A program made the translations under genes and the position numbers. Below, piece after piece: positions 19,535 to 31,200 of a stretch of DNA of 59,180 nt (positions are counted from its first letter, which is position 1; every line of letters begins with the position of its first letter). The DNA comes from a virus (Duplodnaviria > Caudoviricetes), in IMG/VR virus record IMGVR_UViG_3300007514_000009, positions 1 to 59,180 of that record; one strand, written 5' to 3'. The notes beneath the pieces are model-generated. The model saw only the letters and a program-made list of their open reading frames with translations. It made no database searches and had not been told where the DNA came from.

Positions 19535-19558
19535 CCGAACGGTTATAGAGGATTGAAC
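19535..19558 (+). promoter_or_regulatory. Candidate promoter CCGAAC-GG-TTATAGAGGATTG
   Basis: BRE-like CCGAAC plus TTATAGA 32 nt upstream of ATG 19575. Confidence 0.55.
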
Positions 19559-19574
19559 AGAGAGGGATTGCTAT

Positions 19575-19886
19575 ATGGCACTGACTGTCCTTCAACTCGG
19601 CCGCACGAATGTCACTGGAAACCGACTGACTGTTGCACTCAAAATTACCCCAGACAGTTCATGGCTCGCAGCAGGGGAGTCATTGGATCTCACAACTTAT
19701 GTCTCTAATATCGAAACTGTCCATATCGAGAGTCCGGGTGGTTATGTATTCAATTATGACCGCACTAACAAGAAACTGCTTGCATATGAAGCAGGGGCTG
19801 ATGGTGCGGCTCTCGATGCAGTAGCAGATTCGACTAATTTGTCGTCGCTGTCAGTGTATCTCTCGGTCACGGGTGGGCGAGCCTGA
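19575..19886 (+). CDS. Small putative virion protein (103 aa)
   Basis: MAL- start, beta-rich, GYVFNYDRTNKKLLAY. Confidence 0.75.
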   Translation: MALTVLQLGRTNVTGNRLTVALKITPDSSWLAAGESLDLTTYVSNIETVHIESPGGYVFNYDRTNKKLLAYEAGADGAALDAVADSTNLSSLSVYLSVTGGRA

Positions 19887-19899
19887 GTGGGGCTTGCCT

Positions 19900-20214
19900 A
19901 TGAGTCTGCAACTCGATGACATTTGCTTTGAAGAAGCACACGAGATAGAACGCCGCCGTAAGGTGCGTATGGCTGAGATAGCCAACCCCGAAGGCTCATC
20001 TATTGGCGAGGACGATTCGCCGTTCAGTAGCCGTAATTTAAGTAAGGCTGAGACTATTCACATTCCATTGACTGGCAAACAGCGATATGATATACAGAAC
20101 ATAGGGACTGGAACGCGCTGTATGTCGTGTGGTCTGTTGCATTTCTGTTGGACTCCCCACTGTGCAGGGTGTGGTGGGCCAATGGATTACAATTTGGGGG
20201 CGCACAGCAGATGA
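19900..20214 (+). CDS. Zn-ribbon protein (~104 aa)
   Basis: ATG at 19900 is preferred over the track start at 19873; CMSCG...HCAGCG. Confidence 0.75.
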   Translation: MSLQLDDICFEEAHEIERRRKVRMAEIANPEGSSIGEDDSPFSSRNLSKAETIHIPLTGKQRYDIQNIGTGTRCMSCGLLHFCWTPHCAGCGGPMDYNLGAHSR

Positions 20215-20438
20215 CGGACTTCAACAAGATCTGGGAAGATATCGTCAAAGGCACTGTTGCCTGTCGGGTATGCGGTGAAATGGGGGATACTAATGAGATA
20301 TGCCCTCAGAGTTCCCCCGACTCAAGCGGAAATCAGAGGACTATGGGGAATTGCGATAGGCGTCGTAATTCTGAGATTCCTCGACATAGCCATATGGTTA
20401 GGCAGAGGCGAAAGCAAAAGAAGGAGAGGGGTGGATGA
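20211..20438 (+). CDS. Small basic Cys-containing protein with N-terminal MTDFNKIWEDIVK motif (75 aa)
   Basis: ATGA overlap with the upstream stop, in frame with track ORF 20127. CRVC...C...C followed by an Arg/Lys tail. Confidence 0.7.
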   Translation: MTDFNKIWEDIVKGTVACRVCGEMGDTNEICPQSSPDSSGNQRTMGNCDRRRNSEIPRHSHMVRQRRKQKKERGG

Positions 20439-20441
20439 GTA

Positions 20442-22025
20442 ATGCCAAGAGTATTCAATCCGGGCCATAGACCCAATCAGCCACTCTATCCAGACGATCT
20501 GGCTTACACTACGGTTGCTAATATCGAAGCATACCTCCAACTGCCTGAACAGAAACCGACTTTGCTTGCGGCTGATACAAGTGTGGCCAGTAGCACAATA
20601 CGAATACCAGTCAATAATGAAGATTATCGGCGTTGGGGCTTTGCTTCTGGTGATGTTGTCACGATTTATGACGATGTTGATGCGTTGGGGAGTAGCGTCA
20701 CGCTTACTGGTGTGGCATCATCCGGTGCTTCGGGTATCATCAATCTTCTGGCAGCAAATCCCGGCACAGCATATACTAAAGCGAATAACGCTACCATTCA
20801 ACCTCAATCAATACTCACGAACAGCAAACAACGCGGCATAACCAAGTCACAGGTCGAAGATATCATTCGTCGGAGACAGGATTACATTGATCGCATAACA
20901 CGACAGGCATGGCGGCCCCGTATTGTTGTCGATGAATACAAAAACTTCACCACATTCAAGCCATATCGTCGCCGATACTACACAGATTATGTTGGAGCGG
21001 TTTATCTGAACCATCGTTCCGTGCAAAGGGTATTGCGAATGGGGGTTTGGCAAGGCGACAAGTATCGTGAATTGGCGGCATCGAGAGTCAAATTGCTGGT
21101 TCAGAACACTCATCAACTCACAGGAACTCCTAAGATATTCCTTTGTCCGAACATAGCCCACACTGCGATTCTATCCAGTGGGACTACTTCTTCAACGTGG
21201 CAGAAGGATTTTGGCCCGAAGTCCGTCGCAACGGAAATAGCGAATCTCATCAATCAGGACACAGAATCAGGAAAAGTGGCCGTGCAAGTGGGGTCAATGA
21301 CTGAAAATGGCAAAGCATTGAATGTCAGTCACGAGTTTTTGGCTACGGCTAACAGTGACGAGGGCGATGGCCAGATTCATATCAGCAGTATGCGCTCAAC
21401 CGATGAAGGCGAGCAGACCACCATTGCTTTCACTACATCGAACTGCTTTGTTGCATCGTTAGGCACGGATGTCAGTGCGAATGTCCAAACCACGGGTTCT
21501 TCCTTTGCTGTCGATGACGGTTCGGTTTTCGTGGAAGGAAATGGTTTGTATTATTTCGACGGCTCCAATGGTGCGCTTCATGTTGCTCGTTGCACGAGAA
21601 GTGGAGATACTATCACCATAGCCGATGATTTGACTTCATCATTCCAATCCAACCTTACTAATGTCACAGTATTGAAGCAGATCAAACTCCTGAGCGATTC
21701 AGTCGATGAGCAAAGGCAGAAGGATTGGTGGTCGATGGAGGATGAAGGAGCAATTCTGTTCAACAACCAGTATCCATTCTTTGAGAATCACAGCCTCAAG
21801 ATTTCCTACATCTATGGGGAGCGGTATCTCGATAAGGCCATAGAGGATGCTTGCACCAAATTAGTGGCGATAGATGTAATGATGACCGATGATTACTCTG
21901 CTTTATTCCCCGAAGGGACACAAAACGTCGATCTGAATGCCAAAATACAGAAGTTAGAAGAAGAAGTCAAGCGGATTCTCGTCCCGTATCAAGAGAGCAT
22001 TATCGTAGCAGGTATGGGTGGTTGA
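20442..22025 (+). CDS. Head-tail adaptor (neck) protein with large inserted domains
   Basis: N-terminal YTTVANIEAYL, IIRRRQDYIDRIT, and C-terminal ISYIYG...IEDACTKLVA...VKRIL are adaptor-like. It is 527 aa because of insertions. Confidence 0.75.
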   Translation: MPRVFNPGHRPNQPLYPDDLAYTTVANIEAYLQLPEQKPTLLAADTSVASSTIRIPVNNEDYRRWGFASGDVVTIYDDVDALGSSVTLTGVASSGASGIINLLAANPGTAYTKANNATIQPQSILTNSKQRGITKSQVEDIIRRRQDYIDRITRQAWRPRIVVDEYKNFTTFKPYRRRYYTDYVGAVYLNHRSVQRVLRMGVWQGDKYRELAASRVKLLVQNTHQLTGTPKIFLCPNIAHTAILSSGTTSSTWQKDFGPKSVATEIANLINQDTESGKVAVQVGSMTENGKALNVSHEFLATANSDEGDGQIHISSMRSTDEGEQTTIAFTTSNCFVASLGTDVSANVQTTGSSFAVDDGSVFVEGNGLYYFDGSNGALHVARCTRSGDTITIADDLTSSFQSNLTNVTVLKQIKLLSDSVDEQRQKDWWSMEDEGAILFNNQYPFFENHSLKISYIYGERYLDKAIEDACTKLVAIDVMMTDDYSALFPEGTQNVDLNAKIQKLEEEVKRILVPYQESIIVAGMGG

Positions 22026-22028
22026 ACT

Positions 22029-22292
22029 GTGGATGATTACAGTAAGATGGTAAAACGGAGAGGAAAGGCATTAGACGCCCTCTCCAAAGCAATAGATGAC
22101 CTTATCCTCAAAGAACCGGCTATGGCTAAAGTCATAGAACAGAGGGAGAGAGAGGGGCCGCTACCAGCGGGAATTGAGATGTCGGACGAGGACATCAATA
22201 GATTGGTTGAGATTCAGATGAAACAGAATCCTTACCGAATGGCTTTAGAACAAAGACGGAGAGAGTTGGACGAGGTGATTCAGAATGGCTGA
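22029..22292 (+). CDS. Hypothetical helical protein (87 aa)
   Basis: GTG start after ggtggt; its 3' end carries the GAGGTGA SD for the next gene. Confidence 0.65.
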   Translation: MDDYSKMVKRRGKALDALSKAIDDLILKEPAMAKVIEQREREGPLPAGIEMSDEDINRLVEIQMKQNPYRMALEQRRRELDEVIQNG

Positions 22293-25200
22293 TGCGATAT
22301 CTGCGGTGCGTGATCTGATTGAATCTAATTGGACTAAGCCGCCGAAACCGTCTATTGAGGATATCGCTGTTCTTGACAGAGGCGACGCCAAGCGCGTTAG
22401 GATGTTGGATAACGATGTTATTCGTATCTTTGAGACTGCTCACAATGAAGCGCAACCTGAGTTGCTCTATGATTATGTGAATAGACACGTCAATATCACT
22501 CTCGATGTGAGGACGGTCAAGAGCAGGGAACGATTATCGGAACTTAGAACCGAGGTTCGTAGGATTCTCCACGCATTCAGAAAGGGCGACGGGGTTAATT
22601 TTGACCGTTTGATATTCAAGACAAGGACTGATCTCTCAGATCGGTCAAAAAAACTGTTCAGATATACAATTCAAGCAGAAGTAGTGACTTTTGCTTTGGT
22701 TGCAGGGACTGACGATACAGTAGTAAATCCATTTACTGGTGTCGTTTCGGCAAGCACTACCTATCAAACATATGATACAGGTCTGACAGAGATAGCGAAC
22801 CTCACACCGACCAACGGCTATGTCATCATTGGCGATGGTTCATCATGGACTACTTCGGCAGTGGCTGGCGACATAACTGCCGTCACAGCCGGGACGGGGT
22901 TGAGTGGTGGTGGGGTGACAGGCGATGTCACATTGAATGTCAGTGGCCTCACCGTATCAGAATTAGCCGCAGGTAGCCTTCAGATAAGTTCTGAGGCGTT
23001 TGCAGACAACGACACTACCCTGATGACCTCGGCGGCAATACAGGACAAGATACTGTCCTATGGCTATACCACGGCAGTAGGTGATATTACGGCCGTCACG
23101 GCCGGGTCTGGGCTGACTGGAGGGGGGTCAAGTGGCGACCTCACAGTCACTCTCGATCTCAAAGACGAAGATAACATGGCCTCCAATTCTGCAACACACG
23201 CGGCATCTCAGCAATCAATCAAGGCGTATGTGGATGCAGAAGTCGCGGGATTAGTCGATTCTGCCCCGGCGGCATTGAATACCTTGAACGAATTAGCCGC
23301 TTCGCTAAATGACGATGCCAACTTTTCGACTACGATTTCCACCGCATTGGGCCTTAGAGTCCGGGTGGATACCAACGGTCAATCCCTGACGAACACCCAG
23401 AAGGCCAATGCTCGCACAAACATAGCCGTTGATGTCGCGGGAACTGATAACTCAACTAATGTCACATTAGCAGGAAGCAGAGACTATCTCACTATTAGCG
23501 GGCAGGAGATAACTCGTGGCGTAATCGACATCTCGGATGATACAAATCTTGCTGTATCGGCTCCAATCACACTTTCTGGAGACACTATCGGCCTTGCAGA
23601 TCCAGCAAATCTAAGTCAATTAACAGAGAGTTCGGATGCTACGGACGACAAGATACTCCTTTGGGACGAATCAGCATCCTCTTGGAAATACATGACAGTT
23701 GATGATTTACAGGATTCCATAGATACCTCGACCCTCGCGGCCAATGACGCTACAATTACCCTAACCGCAGGGACGGGGTTGAGTGGTGGTGGTGATTTTA
23801 CCACGAATCAAAGTGGTAATGAAACTCTCACATTCAATGTCGGCGGCCTCACAATCGCAGAATTGGCCGCAGGTGCTATTCTCCTCTCGTCAGAGTCCTT
23901 TGTCGATTCGGATACTCAGTTGATGACTGCTAAGGCGATAGCAGATAAGATTGAGTCATATGGCTACACTACTCAAGTAGGTGATATCACTGGAGTCACC
24001 GCCGGGGCTGGCCTCAGTGGGGGAGGCAATTCTGGTGCGCTTACGCTAAATCTGAGTCATTTGGGCATTGAATCCCTATCTGACCCCAATGATGACCGTA
24101 TCTTGTTCTGGGATGACTCGGCAGGGGCAACAGCATTCTTGGATATCGGTAGCAATTTAACCATAACTGGCACGACAATCGCGGCTACGGATACCAATAC
24201 AACCTATTCGGCTGGCACGGGCCTCACTTTATCCGGCACAACATTCAGCGTATCGGATCCCGCGAATCTGGATGAATTGACTGAATCGGATGATAATCCA
24301 TCCGACAAGATACTCCTATGGGATGAATCTGCATCCGTATGGAAACACATGACGATAGATAATCTCGGCGATGCATTAGATGTCAGCACTACTTTGAATG
24401 CACTGACTGATGTGACGATAAGTAATCCAGCGGCAGGTCATGTCCTCGTCTATGACAATACCAATTCTATTTTTGAAAACACACCCTTGACAGCAGGTAG
24501 CAACATTTCGATAACTAATGCAGATGGCTCGATAACCCTCGCATCAACAGATACAAACACTCAACTTTCAACAGAACAAGTCCAAGACATTGTTGGAGCA
24601 ATGTTCTCATCCAATACAGAAACGCGCATTTCTGCGACATATGAGGATGGCGATGGCACAATAGATCTCGTTGTCGATGACATGACTACGAACACCCAAC
24701 TCTCAACTGAACAGGTGCAGGATATTGTCGGAGCAATGTTCTCATCCAATACAGAAACGAGGGTTTCTGCGACATATGAGGACGGAGATGGAACCATTGA
24801 CCTCGTTGTCGATGACATGACTGCGAATACAAATCAACTGACTACTTTTGTGATACGAGATGATGATGATGACTCCAAGACTGTCGCCCATAACAAATAT
24901 CTCAAGTTCGCATCTGCCACTGGGGCCGCGGGGACGAATTGGTCGGGTTCCGGCACTACTGGCGACCCGTGGATTATGACAATAACAAATCCAGATACCA
25001 CTTATTCAGTGGGCGATGGCGGCCTCACTCAAAACAATTTCACGAATACTCTGAAAACGAAACTGGACGGCATAGAAGTGTCGGCGGATGTGACAGATAA
25101 AGCGAATGTCGGTTCTGCATTGGCATCTCTTGATGGGACTGATACCCTATACATCGGCGATGCAGGAAATGATGCGACAATTAGAGTCCGAGGTAATTTC

Positions 25201-28200
25201 TATGTGGATGGAACGACCACAAGCGTGAATCAAACAGAAGTGAATGTGCAAAACGCATTCGTGTTTGAGGGAGCAACCTCTGATAATTATGAGACTACTC
25301 TGACTATTACCGATCCAACCGCAGATAGAACGATTACATTGCCTAATGCAAGCGGCACGATTTCTCTATCAGATACTCAACTTTCAACAGAACAGGTGCA
25401 GGATATTGTAGGTGCTATGTTTGCTTCCAATACAGAAACGCGGATTTCAGCAACATACGAAGATGGTGACGGGACTATTGACCTCGTTGTCGATGACATG
25501 ACTGCGAACACCCAACTTTCAACAGAACAGGTGCAGGATATTGTAGGCGCAATGTTCTCTGGAAATACGGAAACCAACACCGCCGTCACCTATGATGATA
25601 GCGACGGGACTATTGATGTAGTCACAACCTTAGATGGCGGGCCTCTTTCCACTGAAGCCATCCAAGATATTGTAGGTGCAATGTTCTCAAGCAATACAGA
25701 AACGAGTATTACCGCAACTTATCAAGACAGCGACGGAACAATAGATCTTGTCGTTTTGCCGGGTTCCGATCAAGGTGTTGTCGTCAATACAGGCGGGGCA
25801 TTGAATACCACTTCCTATATGCATCTTGCCTTCGGTGGCAGTTCAAGCGGCGACCCACGCGGTATTGCTCTTGGGCATACTACGGGTGGAAATAATTTTC
25901 CCGGTTGGGTCACGACCTACAATGACAATAATTTACTGTTAGACACCAATAAGGGAACGAATACTGGAAAAATAGAGATTTTTGAGGGGTCGAATAACAA
26001 TATCGCCATAACACCTCACGGAACAGGTAAGATAATTCTTGATGGTTTATCATGGCCCAATGCCGATGGAACGGCAAACTATGTCCTCCAAACCAATGGA
26101 TCAGGTGCGCTTTCGTGGGCGGCGCAGACCAGCAACACATGGCGAACTGTCACGGTAGCGGGTAATGCGAGTCTAACCGATAGTGAGGCTTTGACTTTTA
26201 ATGCTGGCTCTAATGTATCCATTACCGAACAGAACGGGTCTGTGACTATTGCTTCCACAGATACCAATACCACATATAGCGCAGGAAATGGCCTGACTCT
26301 ATCTGGCACTACATTCACACTTGCAGATCCGGCTACTGGCACAACAATTGATGAATCGACTGCGGATCCTGCTGATAGATTGCCAATTTGGGATGAAAGT
26401 GCTTCTTCATGGAAATACATCACTATTGATGATTTGCAGGATGAGATAGACACTGCATCAGGAGGCACAGTCACGGAAGTCACCGTAGGAGGTGGCCTCG
26501 ATATCTCAAATGGCACATCAACACCGAGTATTACTCTCGATTTCGCGGAACTTTCTGCATCAGGCACTCTTGTAGGCACTGATGATTTAGTTGTAATTGA
26601 TGATGCTGCAACCCGTAAAACCCAGATAGACACTATCCCCCTCTCGATTTTCAGCAACGACGCGGGATGGACATCGAATACAGGCGACATTACTGGAGTC
26701 ACGGCCGGGGCGGGGTTGAGTGGTGGGGGGGCCAGCGGCTCAGTCACCCTCTCATTAGATGACCCTGCGAATCTTTCTCAACTGACTGAATCGACTGACG
26801 CCACCGATGACAAGATCCTGCTTTGGGATGAAGATGCGGGTTCATGGAAATACATGACATTAGATGACCTTCAAGATTCGATAGACACCACAGCATCGGG
26901 TGGCGCGGGAGAGGCATTCAAGACTATCTCAGTGAGCGGTCAGGACGATGTAGTAGCGGATGGGGCAACAGACACTCTAACGCTCGCAGGTGGCTCAAAT
27001 GTCACCATCACTACTACTGCTGGTTCAGATACCATCACCTTTGCATCGGCAGATACGAACACTCAACTCACGGATGAATATGTCCAAGATTTGGTTGGGG
27101 CCATGTTCAGTAGCAATACGGAAACTAATACGACAGTCACATATCAAGACGGCGACGGAACGATAGATGTAGTCACGACTCTTGATGGCGCACCCCTCAC
27201 GACAGAGGCGGTTCAAGACATAGTAGGGGCTATGTTCTCATCGAATACTGAAACACGAGTTGCCGTCACATATCAAGACGGAGATGGAACCATTGATGTT
27301 GTTGTCGATGACATGACGGCGAATGACAACACTTGGAGAACAGTCACAGCGGGCGGCAATACTCTCTCCACAAGTGAAACCCTCGCCTTCACCGCCGGGT
27401 CAAATGTGACTATTACTGAGAGTGGGGGTGCGGTCACGATTGCTTCGACAGATACCGACACTAACACATGGAGGACAGTCACAGCAGGGGGCAACACTCT
27501 CTCCACCAGCGAAACCCTCGCCTTTACTGCCGGGTCGAATGTGTCTATTACCGAGAGCGGAGGTGCAGTCACAATCGCTTCAACTGATACAAATACCACA
27601 TATTCAGTAGGAGATGGTGGGCTTACTGAATACAACTTTACAAGCACTCTTAGGAGCAAACTTCTCGGTGTCGAATCGGATGCTGATATCACAGATAAGG
27701 CCAATGTTAGCGCAGCCCTCGCTTCACTCACAGGCGATGACACACTTTACATTGGAGATTCGGGGGATGATACTACTGTAAGAGTTCGTGGTAATTTCTA
27801 TGTGGATGGAACAACAACCAGTGTGAATCAAACCGAAGTGAATGTGCAAAATGCCTTCGTCTTTGAGGGGGCTACTGCCGATGCTTATGAAACAACATTG
27901 ACTATCACAGATCCAACAGCAGATAGAACGATTACGCTACCTAATGCAAGTGGAACTGTATCGCTGTCTGATACTCAACTCTCAACCGAGCAAGTTCAGG
28001 ACATAGTAGGTGCAATGTTTAGCAGCAATACAGAAACGCGCATTTCCGCTACCTACGAAGATGGCGACGGGACGATTGATCTTGTTGTCGATGATATGAC
28101 CGCGAATGACAATACATGGCGAACAGTCACGGCAGGTGGTAATACTCTATCCACCAGTGAAACCCTTGCCTTTACTGCGGGTTCCAACGTGACCATTACT

Positions 28201-31200
28201 GAAAGCGGCGGGGCTGTCACGATTGCTTCGGCAGATACGAACACCCAATTATCCACCGAGGCTGTTCAGGATATCGTAGGTGCAATGTTCAGTAGCAATA
28301 CAGAAACACGAGTAGCAGTCACATACCAAGATGGCGACGGGACGATTGATCTCGTAGTTGATGACATGACTGCTAATGACAATACATGGCGAACTGTCAC
28401 GGCAGGAGGCAACACCCTATCAACAAGCGAAACACTGGCTTTCACAGCCGGATCCAATGTGACTATCACAGAAAGCGGAGGCGCGGTGACGATTGCCGCT
28501 ACGGGTGATGTGACGACAACAGCCACGCAGACTCTCACGAATAAGACATACGGCCCGTTATCGTCGGGTTATGTCGTCATGGGTGCTTCCAATGATACCC
28601 TCGCTATCACTTCCAATGGGGCGCACAATCTCCATCTATCCACGAATAGCAATTCCAATTCAGGCAGTATTCTCATTCAACAAGGCGCGAACCAACCCAT
28701 AAGCATCACACCCAATGGGTCAGGAGATGTAATCCTTGATGGGTTGAAGTGGCCTCAAGCAGATGGAACAGCGAACTATGTCCTGAAAACTGACGGGAAT
28801 GCTCAGTTATCATGGGTTGCTCAAACATCCGACACGAACACGACCTATTCAGGAGGGACGGGGCTTACACTCTCAAGCACCACCTTCAATGTCGATGCCG
28901 CACAGACGCAGATAACGAGCATTGGGACGATAGGCACGGGAGTATGGCAGGGAACGGCCATAGCGCAAGCATACATAGCAGATCAGGCCATCAATGAGGC
29001 CAAACTGCAAGTTTCTAATTCTCCAACCAACGGGTATGTCCTGACGGCTCAATCCGGCAACACGGGTGGTCTGACTTGGGCGGCGGCGAGTAGTGGTGGT
29101 GCTTCTGCATTAGATGGATTATCAGATGCTAAATCGGAAGGAACGGATTTCTCCGGTTCATTACTCATAGGCCATCAAACGCATGGGACTCTAAGTTCGG
29201 CGGATCACAATACAGGAGTAGGAATAGCCGCTATGGATGCAATAACTTCAGGTGATAGAAACACAGCATTGGGCCACCAAGCATTAAGCGGATTAACGGG
29301 TGGTGGTGATAATACCGCTATTGGAAAAGACGCTCTATTGGCTAACAACAATCACGGTAGCGTGGCTATTGGTGCTTATGCGGCTCATGCTCTATCTAAC
29401 GGCAAAGGATATACTGTGGTAATTGGAAGTCAATGGAACAACAATGCTTTCGACGCTGAAAAGGCGGTGGCAATAGGAAGAACTGCATTAAGCAACACAA
29501 CAGCAGATTATACTGTTGGTATAGGTTCTTCTGCGGGATATGGCATAACTTCGGGTTCAGGGAATATAGCCATTGGAAAAGATGCAGGGTATAATGTTGG
29601 AACAGGTGCAAGAAACATCGCTATTGGTTATCAAGCGATGGATGGTGCTTCTAACGATAGCGACAACATAGCAATTGGATATGATGCCCTCGGTGGTGCT
29701 GTTAATGGTGGTGAGAAGAACCTCGCCATTGGAAACTACACCCTCGATGCTTTGACCTCCGGCGACCAAAATGTAGCACTTGGGTATAATGCGGGTGGTG
29801 GGATTACCGAAGGTCACTCCAATGTAGCAATAGGACATGACGCTCTTACTGCGACCTTGATTTACGGAGAAAATGTAGCAATAGGACAGAATGCCTTGAA
29901 GCAATTAACAGGCAACAGTTATGCGAATACTGCTATTGGAAGAATGTCCTCCACCGTTATGACTTACGGTGAGGAAAATACGACAATAGGATATTATTCG
30001 GGTGCGGCTCTTGCTAATGGGGCGCATAGAAACATCTTGATTGGTAGTTATGCCGGAGATAACATCACTACGGGAGATAACAATGTAGTTATTGGAAAGG
30101 CTGATGTGACAGCAACAGGCTCAGACCAACTCTCGATCTCATCGGGTGATGGTAGCCCGGTTTGGATTACAGGTGGTTCAGACGGTTTTGTTAATTTCCC
30201 TGCATCTAAAATCAAACTCAACGATTCTTACGGATCTGATGGTCAGGTTCTCACTTCAACAGGTTCAGGCGTTGCGTGGGAAGCAGTAAGTGGCGGTATA
30301 GCAAGTTTAGCCGCAGATAGCACACCACAGTTAGGTGGCAATCTGGATGTTGATGGTAATGATATTGTCTCAACCTCAAATGGCCCGATAGACATCAACC
30401 CACATGGAACGGGTAAAGTCAGAATAAACACAACAAGCACAGATGGCCTGAAGTTTGATGTTAGAGGCAACAGCAATGAGACTGTTGCTAATTTCAGGAT
30501 TTCAACTACATCCACTACTTCAAACGCTTTTGCCGCTTTACAGTTAATTTCGGGAACAACAGGAACAAGCGGAACAGGTCAGGGTGCAAGACTACAATTT
30601 AGAACAGGTAATGATGGTTATGCGGGCTATACCGCAGGTGCAATTTATTCTTCGCGTGTTGATGACAGCAATCATCATTTGCATATTGCACCACAAGGAA
30701 CAGGTAATGTATCGTTAGGTAATTTCACTTTCAATGCTGACCAAAGCGTAGGTTCGGGTCAAGATAACTATGTTTTGACCTATGACCATTCGGCAGAGAC
30801 AATTGGATTAGAAGCAGCAGGTGGTGGTGGTGCTTCTGCATTAGATGATTTATCAGATGCTAAGACATTTGCTACCGATAACATCGGAATTGGCGAAAAC
30901 ACCATGTCTGCCGAAAATACAGGAGCGCAATACAATTATGCTTTCGGTAAAGGGGCATTACAAGACCTTACAACAGGAGATAGAAACAATGCCTTCGGTT
31001 TGTATGCTCTTGGTGATATTACTACTACTTCATACAATGTGGCTATGGGTGATTTTGCCGCAAGAAACGCTACCGGAACAGGAAATACTGCTATTGGGAG
31101 AGATGCCGGAAGAAACATAACTACGGGTTCATACAACACTTATCTTGGTTATCAGGCGGGTAGTCCTAATGGCGCACAATCAGGAACAGGCGACCACAAC

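Noticed and set aside
20127-20442. Track ORFs 20127-20438 (long start) and 20257-20442
   Set aside because: ATG 20211 gives an ATGA overlap and the shared leader motif. The longer start overlaps the Zn-ribbon gene, and the other frame lacks support.
24550-28500. Repeats as a CRISPR array or DGR template/variable repeat pair
   Set aside because: The repeats are in-frame coding units differing mostly at synonymous positions of all bases. There is no constant repeat-spacer periodicity, no adenine-specific pattern evident and no reverse transcriptase in the window.
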